This document shows positions 11,595-21,692 of a stretch of 45,295 bases of DNA, piece after piece (position 1 is the stretch's first letter; each line of letters begins with the position of its first letter). The stretch spans positions 1 to 45,295 of the forward strand of contig DCDC01000049.1 of the NCBI GenBank assembly GCA_002316225.1. Reading direction: 5' to 3'. Source of the stretch: Firmicutes bacterium UBA1065 (lineage in GTDB: Bacteria > Bacillota > Clostridia > Tissierellales > Sedimentibacteraceae). The notes beneath the pieces are model-generated. The model was given only the letters and a program-made list of their open reading frames with translations, did no database searches and had not been told where the DNA came from. A program made the position numbers and the translations under genes.

Positions 11595-12899
11595 TTACTT
11601 TTCAAATACTGTTTGTTCTGAAACTTCGGTTTCCAAAGCCTTCAAAGCTCTTGTCAGCAATTCTCTTCTTATATTTTTCTCTTCTTCCAGAGTCAGGGAA
11701 GGATTCCCTAAGGGGTGAGGTATTGCTATCGTCGGAACTATTCTGTTTGCTCCAACGGTCAATGAAATAGGAACTATGGTACACATATGTACTACCGGTA
11801 TTCCTGCTCTTTCAATTTCTTTTACCATCGTTGCACCGCAACGTGTACAGGTACCTCACGTCGATGTCAGTATAACTGCATCCACTCCGTCAGCTACCAG
11901 TTCTTTTGAAAATTTTTCGGCAAAAGCTTTTGCGTTTTTAACGGCAGTACCGTTTCCTACGGTAGCATAGTAATACCTGTGGAGGCTTCCGATTTTACCT
12001 TCCTTTTCAAATTCTCTCAAGATATCAACGGGCAATACCCTGTCCGGGTCTAAGTTTGCATAAACCGGGTCATATCCGCCGTGAGCCGTTTGATAAGTTT
12101 CTTCAGTTAAATCCATAACTCCGTCTATGTCATACTTGCCGTATTTTGAAGCACTTGATGATTCGATGTGGTCGGGATTACCTTTTGGAACGATTCCTCC
12201 TGAAGTAACCAAAGCTATTTTAGCCTTTGTAATATCTTTTATAGCCGGATTCGGAGCTACCCTGTCAAAATCAGGCATTGGGAACTCTGTTTGGAATTCC
12301 TTGTTGTTTAATTTTGCCAAAAGCATGTCAACGGCTCTTTTTGCTCCAATTTCTTTTTCGAAGAAATTAACTCTCTTGCCGTTTGGTAAATAACCTTCTT
12401 CAATGGATGCGCCGATTTTTTCTCCCTTAGCCAGCTTCAGTGCCAGGGGCGCCATCTTTTTAACGGCATCTCTCATGCCTGCGGCAGAATTCTTTGTAGC
12501 CACTATATAGATGTCGTTCTTAAACATTTCTGCTCCGGGGTTTTCTTCAAACATTCCTGTTAAAACCGGAATATTCAGTTCATCCTTAACTGCCTTTGCA
12601 ATTGCTCCGCAAGCAACCCCGTATCTTCCTGCATTAAATGCAGGTCCTGCAATAAACAGATCCGGTTCATATTTCTTAACCATTTCTATTATGGTCTTTT
12701 TGGCTTCATCCATATTTTCATTGAAATATGAATCACCGCATACAATTGTTGCAACAATTTCCGCTTCATCCTTAAATGCTTGTTGTAATGCAAGTCCGGG
12801 TCCTAACATGCCTTCTCTTACTTCAGCAGGGATGTGAGCCATTTCTTCTCCGCCTACATTGGCAAAGAATTGATTTATATAATGCACAACTCTTATCAT
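11595..12899 (-). CDS. grdB: Glycine reductase selenoprotein B (434 aa, Sec348)
   Basis: Track ORFs 11856..12899 and 11595..11828 are in one frame across UGA 11856-11858: LTST-U-GTCTRCGATMVKE (UxxCxxC). Confidence 0.95.
11829..11843 (-). promoter_or_regulatory. Bacterial SECIS hairpin of grdB
   Basis: mRNA CGUUGC-GGU-GCAACG starting 13 nt after the UGA. Confidence 0.7.
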
Positions 12900-12916
12900 A
12901 TTCTTCTCCTCCCTTC

Positions 12917-14197
12917 CTATCTGGCACTGAGTGTATTGAAGCCCATTTCGTTTGTTGCTCCCGTAATAACCTGCAGCTCAGCCGTTATGCTGCCGTCTTC
13001 ATGCAAGCTTCCGTCAAATCCTCCGGCTATTACATCAGCAACTTCAACATGACCGATTAATTTTTCCATTGGAGGCAATTCTATTATTTCATTTGCATTT
13101 CCGCCCGAAACAACAGCATTTGCCGATGGATCAGCATCTGCCAAAGATTGTGATGTACCGTCTCTGCCTGCGTATTCGTCAGTGATCAGAACAGTTTTTA
13201 TACCCTTGGCTTCAATCTTCTTACAGTTCATTATCAAATCCGTGTCAGGATTTCCGAATCCTTCTTCAGAAACAATAACGCCGTCAACACCAAAGAATTC
13301 TGCAAGTTTTGCACTCCAGTTAGATGATCTTTCCTTGTCTGCAAGATATACATTTTCGTTGGTTATGATTACTCCAACAAAATTCAAGGTCTTGCCATGC
13401 TCTTTATACAATTCATGGATAACCGGGTTATTCAAGTGATGATATGTTGTATTCTTGTCACATGCTGATACGCAGTTACCGCTTACTATGGCCCCATCCA
13501 TAACTTCCGTCGGATATATCATGGTTGGCAGTATCTGCTTCGCATCTACCCCGTATACGTATGTATCATGCAAAAGGCCTTGGCTTTGGAGCATCTCCAC
13601 ATATGCCACCCTGGGAAGATCCGGATACATTTTTAACCCTTCTGTTAAAGTCGGTGTCTCAAACACTTCAACTTCATCAGGAGTTAAATTCCTTGCAAGT
13701 TCCCCTAAATATGCAGCTACCTTATATCCTGCAAATCTTAGGGCTTTTTCATGCTCATGCTGCTTTAAGCCTTCAACAGGTTCACACACGATAACCAAAT
13801 TGTTAAGTTTTGAAAATGGTGTGTATTCGGCTCCGGGTCCGCTCATATCAATTATGCCTTCCTGGAATCCAACTATTTTACCCGTTGTTACAACAGCCGC
13901 CCCTTTGAGCACGTGTGTTTTTCCCGAACCTACGGTTTCCACCTTGTTGATCATTCCGGGGAATACACCGCCGGGTCCTTCAACTTTAACCCTTGGCTCG
14001 ATGACATCCTTAACCGGCATGATTCGAACGCTTTCGCCTGGTTTTGCCAAATCAACGTCAGCTTTTTGGAAATTTTGATCTTCTAGAATTAATGCTTTTA
14101 CCTCTTCCTTGTTGACATACAAGATACCATTTTCTACCTTGGATACATCAGAAAACTGAATATCCTTAATGTGAATGTAGCCTAATTCTAATTTCAA
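12917..14197 (-). CDS. grdE: Glycine reductase component B proprotein (alpha/beta subunits)
   Basis: MKLELG, PVKDVIEPR, SGNCVSACDKN cleavage region, EEGFGNPDTD; TTG start after GGAGG. Confidence 0.93.
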   Translation of the reverse strand: MKLELGYIHIKDIQFSDVSKVENGILYVNKEEVKALILEDQNFQKADVDLAKPGESVRIMPVKDVIEPRVKVEGPGGVFPGMINKVETVGSGKTHVLKGAAVVTTGKIVGFQEGIIDMSGPGAEYTPFSKLNNLVIVCEPVEGLKQHEHEKALRFAGYKVAAYLGELARNLTPDEVEVFETPTLTEGLKMYPDLPRVAYVEMLQSQGLLHDTYVYGVDAKQILPTMIYPTEVMDGAIVSGNCVSACDKNTTYHHLNNPVIHELYKEHGKTLNFVGVIITNENVYLADKERSSNWSAKLAEFFGVDGVIVSEEGFGNPDTDLIMNCKKIEAKGIKTVLITDEYAGRDGTSQSLADADPSANAVVSGGNANEIIELPPMEKLIGHVEVADVIAGGFDGSLHEDGSITAELQVITGATNEMGFNTLSAR

Positions 14198-14228
14198 AAT
14201 TTTTCACCTCCAATTAATTTTTCGATAC

Positions 14229-14588
14229 TTATTTATTTAACGCGCTTTCCAGCACAGTTAAATCAATTAACTTTAAATCTTCGATTCTTTTTTCGTCCAA
14301 GTATTTCAGTTTTTCTTTATTGAACTTATGATATGTAATTATTGCATTTTCAATCATATAAACTGAATTAAAATTGATGTTATTTTTTTCATCACTGATT
14401 AAAATTGATTTATATGGAGTTTCGCTTGGTTTAACACTGCCTCCCAAGGGATGGGTCAAAAGCTCGTGGCCCAAGTGAAGCTTGTCCCTTACTGTTATCA
14501 AAACATCCTTAAATGTCCCGTCAACATAAACAATATTGAATTTGTCCCCATACTTTTTTAATACCCAATCATTGTTGGTAATAATCAT
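14229..14588 (-). CDS. grdX: GrdX family protein
   Basis: MIITNN, GHELLTHPLGGSVKPSETPYKS; first gene after the riboswitch. Confidence 0.88.
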   Translation of the reverse strand: MIITNNDWVLKKYGDKFNIVYVDGTFKDVLITVRDKLHLGHELLTHPLGGSVKPSETPYKSILISDEKNNINFNSVYMIENAIITYHKFNKEKLKYLDEKRIEDLKLIDLTVLESALNK

Positions 14589-14610
14589 TTTTTTCACCCT
14601 TATAATAATT

Positions 14611-14650
14611 AAGGCAGTAAGCAAAATCAAAAAACATTCTGCCTGCTGCC
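14611..14650 (-). terminator. Expression-platform hairpin of glycine riboswitch
   Basis: mRNA GGCAGCAGGCAGAAU...AUUUUGCUUACUGCC followed by UUAAUUAUU; overlaps 3' end of aptamer 2. Confidence 0.55.
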
Positions 14651-14830
14651 CTGTTAATTAACCTGAGAGTTTCTTCCTATCGGAATTGCCCCGTCGGTGC
14701 TTGCGCTTTCCAGAGTTTTGTCAATTCACGGTCCTTTTGCCTGCGATAGTCGTTATAATATGGCACAATTATAACTTATTTCCTTCGGCGCTGTTAATAT
14801 CATAACAGTCTCTCCCGCGAATGTCATCCA
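14648..14830 (-). ncRNA. Tandem glycine riboswitch
   Basis: Minus strand GGAUGA..GGGAGAGAC..CGCCGAAGGA..CAGGCAAAAGGAC, then CUCUGGAAAG..CACCGACGGGGC..AAACUCUCAGG; upstream of grd operon. Confidence 0.92.
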
Positions 14831-14867
14831 AATATTAACTTTTTTACATGTATAGTATATATAATTA

Positions 14868-14885
14868 ATGTTAATAAATCAACTA
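14868..14885. promoter_or_regulatory. Candidate Rex operator upstream of grd riboswitch
   Basis: ATGTTAA-TAAA-TCAACTA versus clostridial consensus TTGTTAA-N4-TTAACAA (3 mismatches); AT-rich context. Confidence 0.35.
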
Positions 14886-14963
14886 CTTTTTATTAATTTT
14901 TTTAATAATTTAATTATCAAAACCATGACTATTTCACAAACAAACATTACATTTTGTTTTTAT

Positions 14964-16565
14964 CTAAACAACTTCCATAATATATTCCGCAATATTCATG
15001 GAATGGTCTCCAACCCTTTCCATGTTGCTTATCATATCAAGGAATATAATTCCGGCATCTGGCTTGCATATGAGTTTGTTGAGCCTGTCGATGTGGTTCT
15101 TTCTGAGAGTCTTATACAATTTGTCAATTTCCTCTTCATATTCTTTAACTGCCTTTAAGTCAGCCTCTGCCCCATTGGCCAGGGCATTCAGGGATCTTTT
15201 GTAGGTTTTCATGGTCAGGTCAAACATGCCTAAAATTTCAGAGCTTGCTTCTTCTGAAAAATCTGCCTTGTTATCAATTTTATCCAGGATCAGTTCCCCG
15301 ATATTTTCAATGTGGTCCCCTACCCTCTCAATATCTGTGGTAGCATTCAACATGACAAACAATTTATCCTTTTCGGTTATTGTCAAGGAGAATTTATCCA
15401 GCTTAACAAGGTATTCCATAATCTCCTTTTGCAGTTTGTTCACTGTTTTCTCATGTTCAAAAATTTCATATACAAAGTCTTCCTTATTTTCTATAAAGGC
15501 TTTTTTTGCTGCTTCAAACTGGGCCATAACTAAATTGCCCAAATGGAGAACTTCTTTTGTCGCTTGTATCAAAGCAATGGAATGAGTGGCCAGAATTCTG
15601 TCATCGATATATTTAGCCACGCTTTCAGACTCTCGGCCCTCTTTTCTCACTATGAGCTCTGAAGCCTTAACAAGGAAGTTAGAAAAGGGAAAGAGTATGA
15701 TTACATTTACCAAATTAAAGAATATGTGGCCGGCTGCTATCTGCCTGGGTACATTTGCAGGCACCATCCGGTAAATCATCCAGGTAACGGGATTTTTCAG
15801 GAATAACATGAATAAGAGAGTACCTGTTACATTAAATAATAAATGTATTACCGCAGCCCGTTTTGCTGTTTTATTTGCACCTATGCTGGCTAAAAGGGCC
15901 GTAACACAGGTACCTATATTTTGACCGAATACAACAGGATAAGCTTGTTTAAATGTAATTATCCCCGTTGCAGCCAATGCTATCAACAAACCTGTTGTTG
16001 CGCTGCTGCTTTGCAGGATGGCAGTCATTACAAAACCTACCAGAATTCCTAACAAGGGGTTATCAAACTTTGTCATCAAACTGATAAATCCAGGATTGGT
16101 CTCCAAGGGTTCCATGGCTGTTTTCATCAAATCCATGCCGATGAAAAGTATGCCGAAACCGACAATTACTTCAGCCATGCTTTTAATTTTTCTTTTTTTA
16201 CTGGCAAGCATCATGGCTACCCCGACACCTACCATAAAGGTGGCCAGTTTGGTTATATTAAGGGTTACCAAAAAGGCTGTGACTGTGGTACCTATATTGG
16301 CTCCCATTATTATTCCTACCGCCTGGCTTAAGTTCATTAAACCTGCATTTACAAAACCTACAACCATTACCGTCGTGGCAGAGCTGCTTTGGATGACTCC
16401 GGTGACAAGGGTTCCCAGCAAAACACCCATCAGTTTATTCTTAGTCAAAGCTGCCAATATATCCTTCATTTTACTTCCGGCAGCTTTTTGGAGCCCATCG
16501 CCCATATAAAACATTCCGAAAAGGAATAATCCTAAACCTCCGATTAAACCAATTGCAATATCCAT
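14964..16565 (-). CDS. Na+/phosphate cotransporter family protein with PhoU-like C-terminus
   Basis: Two QSSSAT repeats, GANIGTT/GQNIGTC, ERVGDH twice. Confidence 0.92.
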   Translation of the reverse strand: MDIAIGLIGGLGLFLFGMFYMGDGLQKAAGSKMKDILAALTKNKLMGVLLGTLVTGVIQSSSATTVMVVGFVNAGLMNLSQAVGIIMGANIGTTVTAFLVTLNITKLATFMVGVGVAMMLASKKRKIKSMAEVIVGFGILFIGMDLMKTAMEPLETNPGFISLMTKFDNPLLGILVGFVMTAILQSSSATTGLLIALAATGIITFKQAYPVVFGQNIGTCVTALLASIGANKTAKRAAVIHLLFNVTGTLLFMLFLKNPVTWMIYRMVPANVPRQIAAGHIFFNLVNVIILFPFSNFLVKASELIVRKEGRESESVAKYIDDRILATHSIALIQATKEVLHLGNLVMAQFEAAKKAFIENKEDFVYEIFEHEKTVNKLQKEIMEYLVKLDKFSLTITEKDKLFVMLNATTDIERVGDHIENIGELILDKIDNKADFSEEASSEILGMFDLTMKTYKRSLNALANGAEADLKAVKEYEEEIDKLYKTLRKNHIDRLNKLICKPDAGIIFLDMISNMERVGDHSMNIAEYIMEVV

Positions 16566-16573
16566 ATTTCCTC

Positions 16574-17044
16574 CTAAATCATTTGTGGAAATCCCAATTG
16601 CCTTAAAGCTTCATAGATCACTATATTGACTGAATTGGCCAAATTCAGCGACCTGGCCTGAACATCCCCAATCATGGGAATCTTAATCCTGTTTTCTTTA
16701 TATTCCTGGTGAATATAGTCAGGAAGACCTGCTGTTTCTTTTCCGAATATTATGTAGCATCCGTCTTCATAAGCTACATCCGTATAAAACTTGCTTCCTT
16801 TTGTTGTTGAAATGAATACTTTACTGTCACCTGTCGTTTTTTTGAATTCTTCAAAATTTTCATAATATGTGATATCGACCAGATTCCAATAATCAAGACC
16901 TGCTCGTTTCAAATACTTGTCTTTTACCGAAAATCCCAAGGGCTTTATCAAGTGAAGCCTTGAGCCCGTAGCCGCGCAGGTCCTGGCTATATTGCCCGTA
17001 TTTTGAGGTATTTCCGGCTCAAATAGTACTACATTTAAAGACAT
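16574..17044 (-). CDS. trmL: tRNA (cytidine/uridine-34-2'-O)-methyltransferase
   Basis: PEIPQNTGNIAR, RAGLDYW, RSLNLAN. Confidence 0.95.
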   Translation of the reverse strand: MSLNVVLFEPEIPQNTGNIARTCAATGSRLHLIKPLGFSVKDKYLKRAGLDYWNLVDITYYENFEEFKKTTGDSKVFISTTKGSKFYTDVAYEDGCYIIFGKETAGLPDYIHQEYKENRIKIPMIGDVQARSLNLANSVNIVIYEALRQLGFPQMI

Positions 17045-17121
17045 TTTCTGATCTCCCTTAAGTTGTTATTTGACATATATTTACATAATAAAGGACATTT
17101 AATATAAACACAAGAAAGATT

Positions 17122-17760
17122 TTAATCTTTAACAGGTGTTTTTTTATAGTGGCTGCATACCACTTTTATGCTGCATGCTTTGCATTTAGGAGCCTGAGCT
17201 GTGCAGGTTATCCTTCCGTGGGTTATTAAGAGGTGGTGCATGAGATGCCATTTATATCTTGGTATTTTTTTCATCATTTCATCGGATACCTTATCCGGAG
17301 TATTGCCCTCAGCCAGGCCGATTCGTCTCGTTACCCTGAAAACATGGGTATCTACAGGAAAAGCCGGTATATCAAAGGCTTCAACCAATACCACGGATGC
17401 CGTTTTCCTTCCGACACCCGGCAGGGACATGAGTTCTTCCATGCTTTTGGGAACCTGGCCTCCATACTTGTCTCTTAAAACTCTCAGCATATTGTATATA
17501 TTTTTTGCCTTGTTTTTATATAGACCGATTTGTTTGATTTTTTCCTCGATTTCTTCCTGGGAAAGTTTCAAAAAACTTTCTAAATCGGGATATTCCTTAT
17601 ACAAATTTTCCGTAACCTTGTTAACACTCTTATCGGTGGTCTGGGCACTCAGCATTGTAGAAATTAACAACTGAAAGGGGCTGGAATAATCAAGCCCGCA
17701 TTTTGCGTCAGGATAAGCCTCTTTTAATAAATCGTACACCTTCTCTGCTTTAGTCATCAT
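17122..17760 (-). CDS. nth: Endonuclease III
   Basis: LSAQTTD, HhH LPGVGRKTA, VDTHVFR, C-terminal 4-Cys FeS motif. Confidence 0.93.
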   Translation of the reverse strand: MMTKAEKVYDLLKEAYPDAKCGLDYSSPFQLLISTMLSAQTTDKSVNKVTENLYKEYPDLESFLKLSQEEIEEKIKQIGLYKNKAKNIYNMLRVLRDKYGGQVPKSMEELMSLPGVGRKTASVVLVEAFDIPAFPVDTHVFRVTRRIGLAEGNTPDKVSDEMMKKIPRYKWHLMHHLLITHGRITCTAQAPKCKACSIKVVCSHYKKTPVKD

Positions 17761-18038
17761 ATAATCTCCCTGTAGCAATTTATAATTTCTACCCTTTCAT
17801 CATTGTCTATAAAAGTAATGATTCTTGAAATAGAAGCATCACACATTTTTTGGGTATTTGAAACAACCGCTATCCCCAGCAAGGACCTGTTCCATAATTC
17901 GTTATAGCCCACCTCGGCCACGGATGCATTGAATTTTGATCTGATTCTTTCTATTATGCTTTTTATCACATGTCTCTTTTCCTTGAGGGAATTTGCTTCA
18001 TATATTAAGATTTCGATTTCGCAAGAACAGACTATCAT
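17757..18038 (-). CDS. DUF503/YlxP family protein
   Basis: SLKEKRHVIKS...KFNASVAEV. Confidence 0.85.
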   Translation of the reverse strand: MIVCSCEIEILIYEANSLKEKRHVIKSIIERIRSKFNASVAEVGYNELWNRSLLGIAVVSNTQKMCDASISRIITFIDNDERVEIINCYREII

Positions 18039-19123
18039 ATTTCTGCCTCCAGGAGTTTCAAGTATTCCTTTTTAACATCAACATTTTCATATTTTAAATT
18101 TTCATACAAGATGTCCCGGGCTCTTGGCTTGTTTATTTTTAACAAGGACCAGGCAGCATAGATTTTTATCATATCCGAGGAATTTTGAAGCTCAGCCTTG
18201 ACATCCTGAAACATGGAAGCCAAATTCAGATTTCCTATGGAAATAAGGGCATTTCTCTTCCAAATATTCCTGCCCCTCCAGCTGCCTGCCCTGTGCCCGT
18301 ATTTGTTCATGAAAGCCTTGTTTGACATAATCAAAAGTTCTTTCAGGTCAACAAGCAAATCTGAATAATCTTCCTTAGCTTCTTTATTTAAGACATCTTT
18401 ATTTAAAGGGCAGACAACTTGGCATATATCGCAGCCATATATTTGTCTTCCCATCTTTTCCCTGTAATCAGTAGGTATATAGTTTTTCGTCTGGGTCAGG
18501 TAAGATACGCACCTCTTGGGGTCAATGCCACCCCTTTCGGAAATTGCCCTGTTAGGACAACTTTTTACACAAATGCTGCACGTACCGCAAATATCCTTTT
18601 CTATTGGGATATCTGCTTCTGTTTCAATATCGGTCAAGAGATAGCCTAAATAAATAAATGACCCTTTATCATCATTGATAAGGAGGCTGTTCTTTCCGTA
18701 ATTGCCAAGTCCTGCCAGCCTGCATACTTCTTTGTCTATCAAAGGGGAAGTATCCACACAAGGAAGGAATTTAAAAGCCAAGTGGTGCCTTATTTCCTCA
18801 GCCAGCTTTATCAATAAAGAATTAAACGTCCTGTGATAATCTTCTCCGTGGCTCGATAGGCTCAGTAAACCAAAATTCCCCCCCGGAGGAGTTTTGTACC
18901 CTTCCCCGTACGGAAGGCCGATGGCAATTATGGTCCTTAAATCAGGAAACAAATTTTTTGCATAAATTCTTTTTTTTATGTCCCGTTCTTCAAATTCACA
19001 GTCCAGGCCTTTGTTTTTGCGGCTTATTAAGAACTCTTCCAGATGGGAAAAATCTGTGACCCTGCTTATTCCGATTGTTTCGATTCCCAGCCTGTGAGCC
19101 GCTTCCTTGATTATTTTTTTCAT
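18035..19123 (-). CDS. queG: tRNA epoxyqueuosine(34) reductase
   Basis: GEDYH, VDTSPL, GKNSLL, CGTCSICVKSCP, YGCDICQVVCP; track N-extension crosses a terminator so start set at MKKI. Confidence 0.9.
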   Translation of the reverse strand: MKKIIKEAAHRLGIETIGISRVTDFSHLEEFLISRKNKGLDCEFEERDIKKRIYAKNLFPDLRTIIAIGLPYGEGYKTPPGGNFGLLSLSSHGEDYHRTFNSLLIKLAEEIRHHLAFKFLPCVDTSPLIDKEVCRLAGLGNYGKNSLLINDDKGSFIYLGYLLTDIETEADIPIEKDICGTCSICVKSCPNRAISERGGIDPKRCVSYLTQTKNYIPTDYREKMGRQIYGCDICQVVCPLNKDVLNKEAKEDYSDLLVDLKELLIMSNKAFMNKYGHRAGSWRGRNIWKRNALISIGNLNLASMFQDVKAELQNSSDMIKIYAAWSLLKINKPRARDILYENLKYENVDVKKEYLKLLEAEI

Positions 19124-19220
19124 AAACTTCATACCTTTTAATTTGCATATGATGAAATTCCATTTATAGGTTTCGTTTCTTCTACATATATTATCATATA
19201 TTTGTAGAATAATGAAGAAC

Positions 19221-19255
19221 AAAAAAAGGCATCGGTTGTAAGATACCCGATGCCT
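19221..19255 (-). terminator. Intrinsic terminator after ilvE
   Basis: AGGCATCGG...CCGATGCCT stem plus A-run. Confidence 0.8.
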
Positions 19256-19269
19256 AAAGGAGAAAAGTA

Positions 19270-20292
19270 TTAAACTACTTTGTAAATCCATCCTTCCGGT
19301 GCTTCTATGTCACCCATCTGAATGCCGACTAAGGTGTTATACAGCTTTTTGGTGACAGGTCCCACTTCTGTCTGGCTGTGGAATACATGCAGTTTACCCT
19401 TGTGCATGATTCCGCCGATCGGTGTGATAACGGCAGCAGTGCCGCAAGCTCCGGCTTCTTTCAAATTATCCAGTTGGTCTATATATATATCTGTTTCAAG
19501 TGCTTCCATGTTTAAGTAATCTCTTGCAACCTGCATCAATGAAATTCTTGTTACGCTGGGAAGAATGGAGGATGAACGAGGCGTTACAAACTTATCGTCC
19601 TTAGTAATTCCAAAGAAGTTTGCAGCTCCCACCTCATCAATTTTGGTATGAGTCAAGGGGTCCAAATAAATACAGTCGGCAAAACCCTGTTTAACTGCTT
19701 CCATATGTGAATGCAAACTTGCCGCATAGTTGCCTCCAACTTTAATTTTTCCCGTACCGTTAGGTGCAGCCCTGTCTTCATCCGTTGTAATGAAGTTTAC
19801 AGGATTCATGCCCCCTTTAAAATATGGTCCTACCGGCATGCAGAATACTCCGAAAATATACTCGCTGGCAGGTTTTACTCCGATATTGTCGCCTATACCT
19901 ATAACATATGGTCTTATATACAAGGTAGCACCTGTTCCGTAAGGAGGTACCCAGGCTTCGTTTGCCTTAACAACCTGCATGCAGGCATCTATGAATTTTT
20001 CTACCGGAATAGTAGGCATCATTATTCTCTCACAGCTTTTCTGCATACGTTTTGCATTTTCATCGGGTCTGAAGAGTTGAATTCCTCCGTCCTTTGTAGA
20101 GTAAGCCTTTAATCCTTCAAAGCATTCCTGTCCGTAATGAAGACATGTCGAGCCTTCGCTTATATGTACCTTATTATCTTCTATAAGCTGCCCGTCATCC
20201 CATTTCCCGTCTTTCCAGTATGAAATATACCTTTTGTCAGTCTTGATATAATTGAACCCTAGTTCAGACCATTTTATGTCCTTCTTTTCCAA
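19270..20292 (-). CDS. ilvE: Branched-chain amino acid aminotransferase
   Basis: [20 protein letters not shown] (PLP lysine), [10 protein letters not shown]; TTG start. Confidence 0.95.
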   Translation of the reverse strand: MEKKDIKWSELGFNYIKTDKRYISYWKDGKWDDGQLIEDNKVHISEGSTCLHYGQECFEGLKAYSTKDGGIQLFRPDENAKRMQKSCERIMMPTIPVEKFIDACMQVVKANEAWVPPYGTGATLYIRPYVIGIGDNIGVKPASEYIFGVFCMPVGPYFKGGMNPVNFITTDEDRAAPNGTGKIKVGGNYAASLHSHMEAVKQGFADCIYLDPLTHTKIDEVGAANFFGITKDDKFVTPRSSSILPSVTRISLMQVARDYLNMEALETDIYIDQLDNLKEAGACGTAAVITPIGGIMHKGKLHVFHSQTEVGPVTKKLYNTLVGIQMGDIEAPEGWIYKVV

Positions 20293-20320
20293 TACTAGAC
20301 CCTCCTTTTTTTATATTTTG

Positions 20321-20345
20321 GTATGGGGACTCCCGGTCCCCATAC
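20321..20345. repeat. Minimal GGGGAC/GTCCCC palindrome
   Basis: GTATGGGGAC-TCCCG-GTCCCCATAC; right arm identical to copies at 9641 and 42241. Confidence 0.7.
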
Positions 20346-20401
20346 ATATAATATCCCTAATCATAGCACTTTTGCATTATAATTTCCAGCACTAATTTCA
20401 T

Positions 20402-20944
20402 TTATTTTTTGGCTGCCTGGGCTCCCTTCAATAAAGCTTCCTTATTTAGAGGAATCAGGTCTGCCTTATCTTCTCCGAAGACCTTTACAAAAGCCTTCAA
20501 TACTGATTCTATTTCAACTGTCTTGGTAAGCTCCAGGTAAGACCCTAACATTACCATGTTAGCAACCTTGCCGTTTCCCAGTTCCAAAGCCAACTCGTTA
20601 GCCGGAATGTAATAAACATCCAAATCCTTCCTTGTAGGCTCAACATCGATCAATGATTTATTTATTATGAGTTTGCCTCCGGGAACAAGCTCTTTTTCAA
20701 ACTTGATCATGGAGGGTAAATTCATTACTATGGCTGCGGTTCCATCCTTTGATATAAGAGGGGATCCTATTTCATCCTCTGATACGACAACTGCACAGTT
20801 GGCCGTACCTCCTCTCATTTCCGGCCCGTAAGAAGGCATCCATGTTACATTTTTCCCTTCTAGCATGCCTGCATAGGCCAATAGTTTCCCGATAGCCATA
20901 ATGCCTTGACCGCCAAATCCGGCCATGATTACTTTTTCTTCCAT
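20402..20944 (-). CDS. 2-oxoacid:ferredoxin oxidoreductase gamma subunit (VOR-type)
   Basis: AGFGGQG, PSYGPEMRGG, ANMVMLG. Confidence 0.9.
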   Translation of the reverse strand: MEEKVIMAGFGGQGIMAIGKLLAYAGMLEGKNVTWMPSYGPEMRGGTANCAVVVSEDEIGSPLISKDGTAAIVMNLPSMIKFEKELVPGGKLIINKSLIDVEPTRKDLDVYYIPANELALELGNGKVANMVMLGSYLELTKTVEIESVLKAFVKVFGEDKADLIPLNKEALLKGAQAAKK

Positions 20945-20945
20945 A

Positions 20946-21692
20946 TTATTTCCCCTCCCCAAAATCTTTGAAGTTTCCTAACGGATAATATGGTATCATA
21001 TTATCTCTCAGCCATTCCAATGCTTTCAAAGGAGTAAGGCCCCAGTTGGTCGGGCACGAAGACAGCACTTCCACTAAGGCAAAGCCCTGGCCTTTTAATT
21101 GACATTCAAAAGCTCTCTTAATGGCTTTTTTTGCTTTTCTTATATTTGCAGGAGTATCTACAGTAACTCTTTCAACAAATTTAGCCCCGTCAATGGTTGC
21201 TATCATTTCCGATATTCTTATAGGTTTTCCGCAGTGGGCTTCATCTCTTCCGAAGGGAGATGTTGTTGTTTTTTGTCCTACCAGGGTGGTTGGAGCCATC
21301 TGGCCGCCTGTCATACCGTAGATAGCGTTATTTACGAATATTGTTGTTATCTTTTCTCCCCTGTGGGCAGCATGAACTACTTCCGCCGTACCTATGGAAG
21401 CTAAGTCTCCGTCACCTTGATATGTGAATACAACCTTGTCGGGGAGAGCCCTTTTAATACCTGTTGCAACGGCAGGTGCTCTTCCGTGAGCGGCTTCCTG
21501 CATGTCGCAGTTGAAATACTTGTAAGCCAATACCGAGCATCCTACGGGAGCAACCCCTATGGCATCATCTAAAACTCCTAATTCTACCAGGGATTCAGCA
21601 ACCAATTTATGGATAACACCATGGGTACAACCCGGACAATAGTGAAATGGAACATCCGTTAAGCCCTTTGATTTTTCATATACAATTGTCAT
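20946..21692 (-). CDS. 2-oxoacid:ferredoxin oxidoreductase beta (TPP-binding) subunit (VOR-type)
   Basis: [29 protein letters not shown]. Confidence 0.92.
   Translation of the reverse strand: MTIVYEKSKGLTDVPFHYCPGCTHGVIHKLVAESLVELGVLDDAIGVAPVGCSVLAYKYFNCDMQEAAHGRAPAVATGIKRALPDKVVFTYQGDGDLASIGTAEVVHAAHRGEKITTIFVNNAIYGMTGGQMAPTTLVGQKTTTSPFGRDEAHCGKPIRISEMIATIDGAKFVERVTVDTPANIRKAKKAIKRAFECQLKGQGFALVEVLSSCPTNWGLTPLKALEWLRDNMIPYYPLGNFKDFGEGK

Noticed and set aside
9655-12899. grdA and grdB as pseudogenes
   Set aside because: In-frame TGA falls at the known selenocysteine positions with the frame intact.
19124-19291. 56-aa N-terminal extension of QueG in the ORF track
   Set aside because: Overlaps the ilvE end and its terminator; likely start is 19123 (or 19132).
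20381-20395. CodY box upstream of ilvE
   Set aside because: Too many mismatches to AATTTTCWGAAAATT in an AT-rich context.
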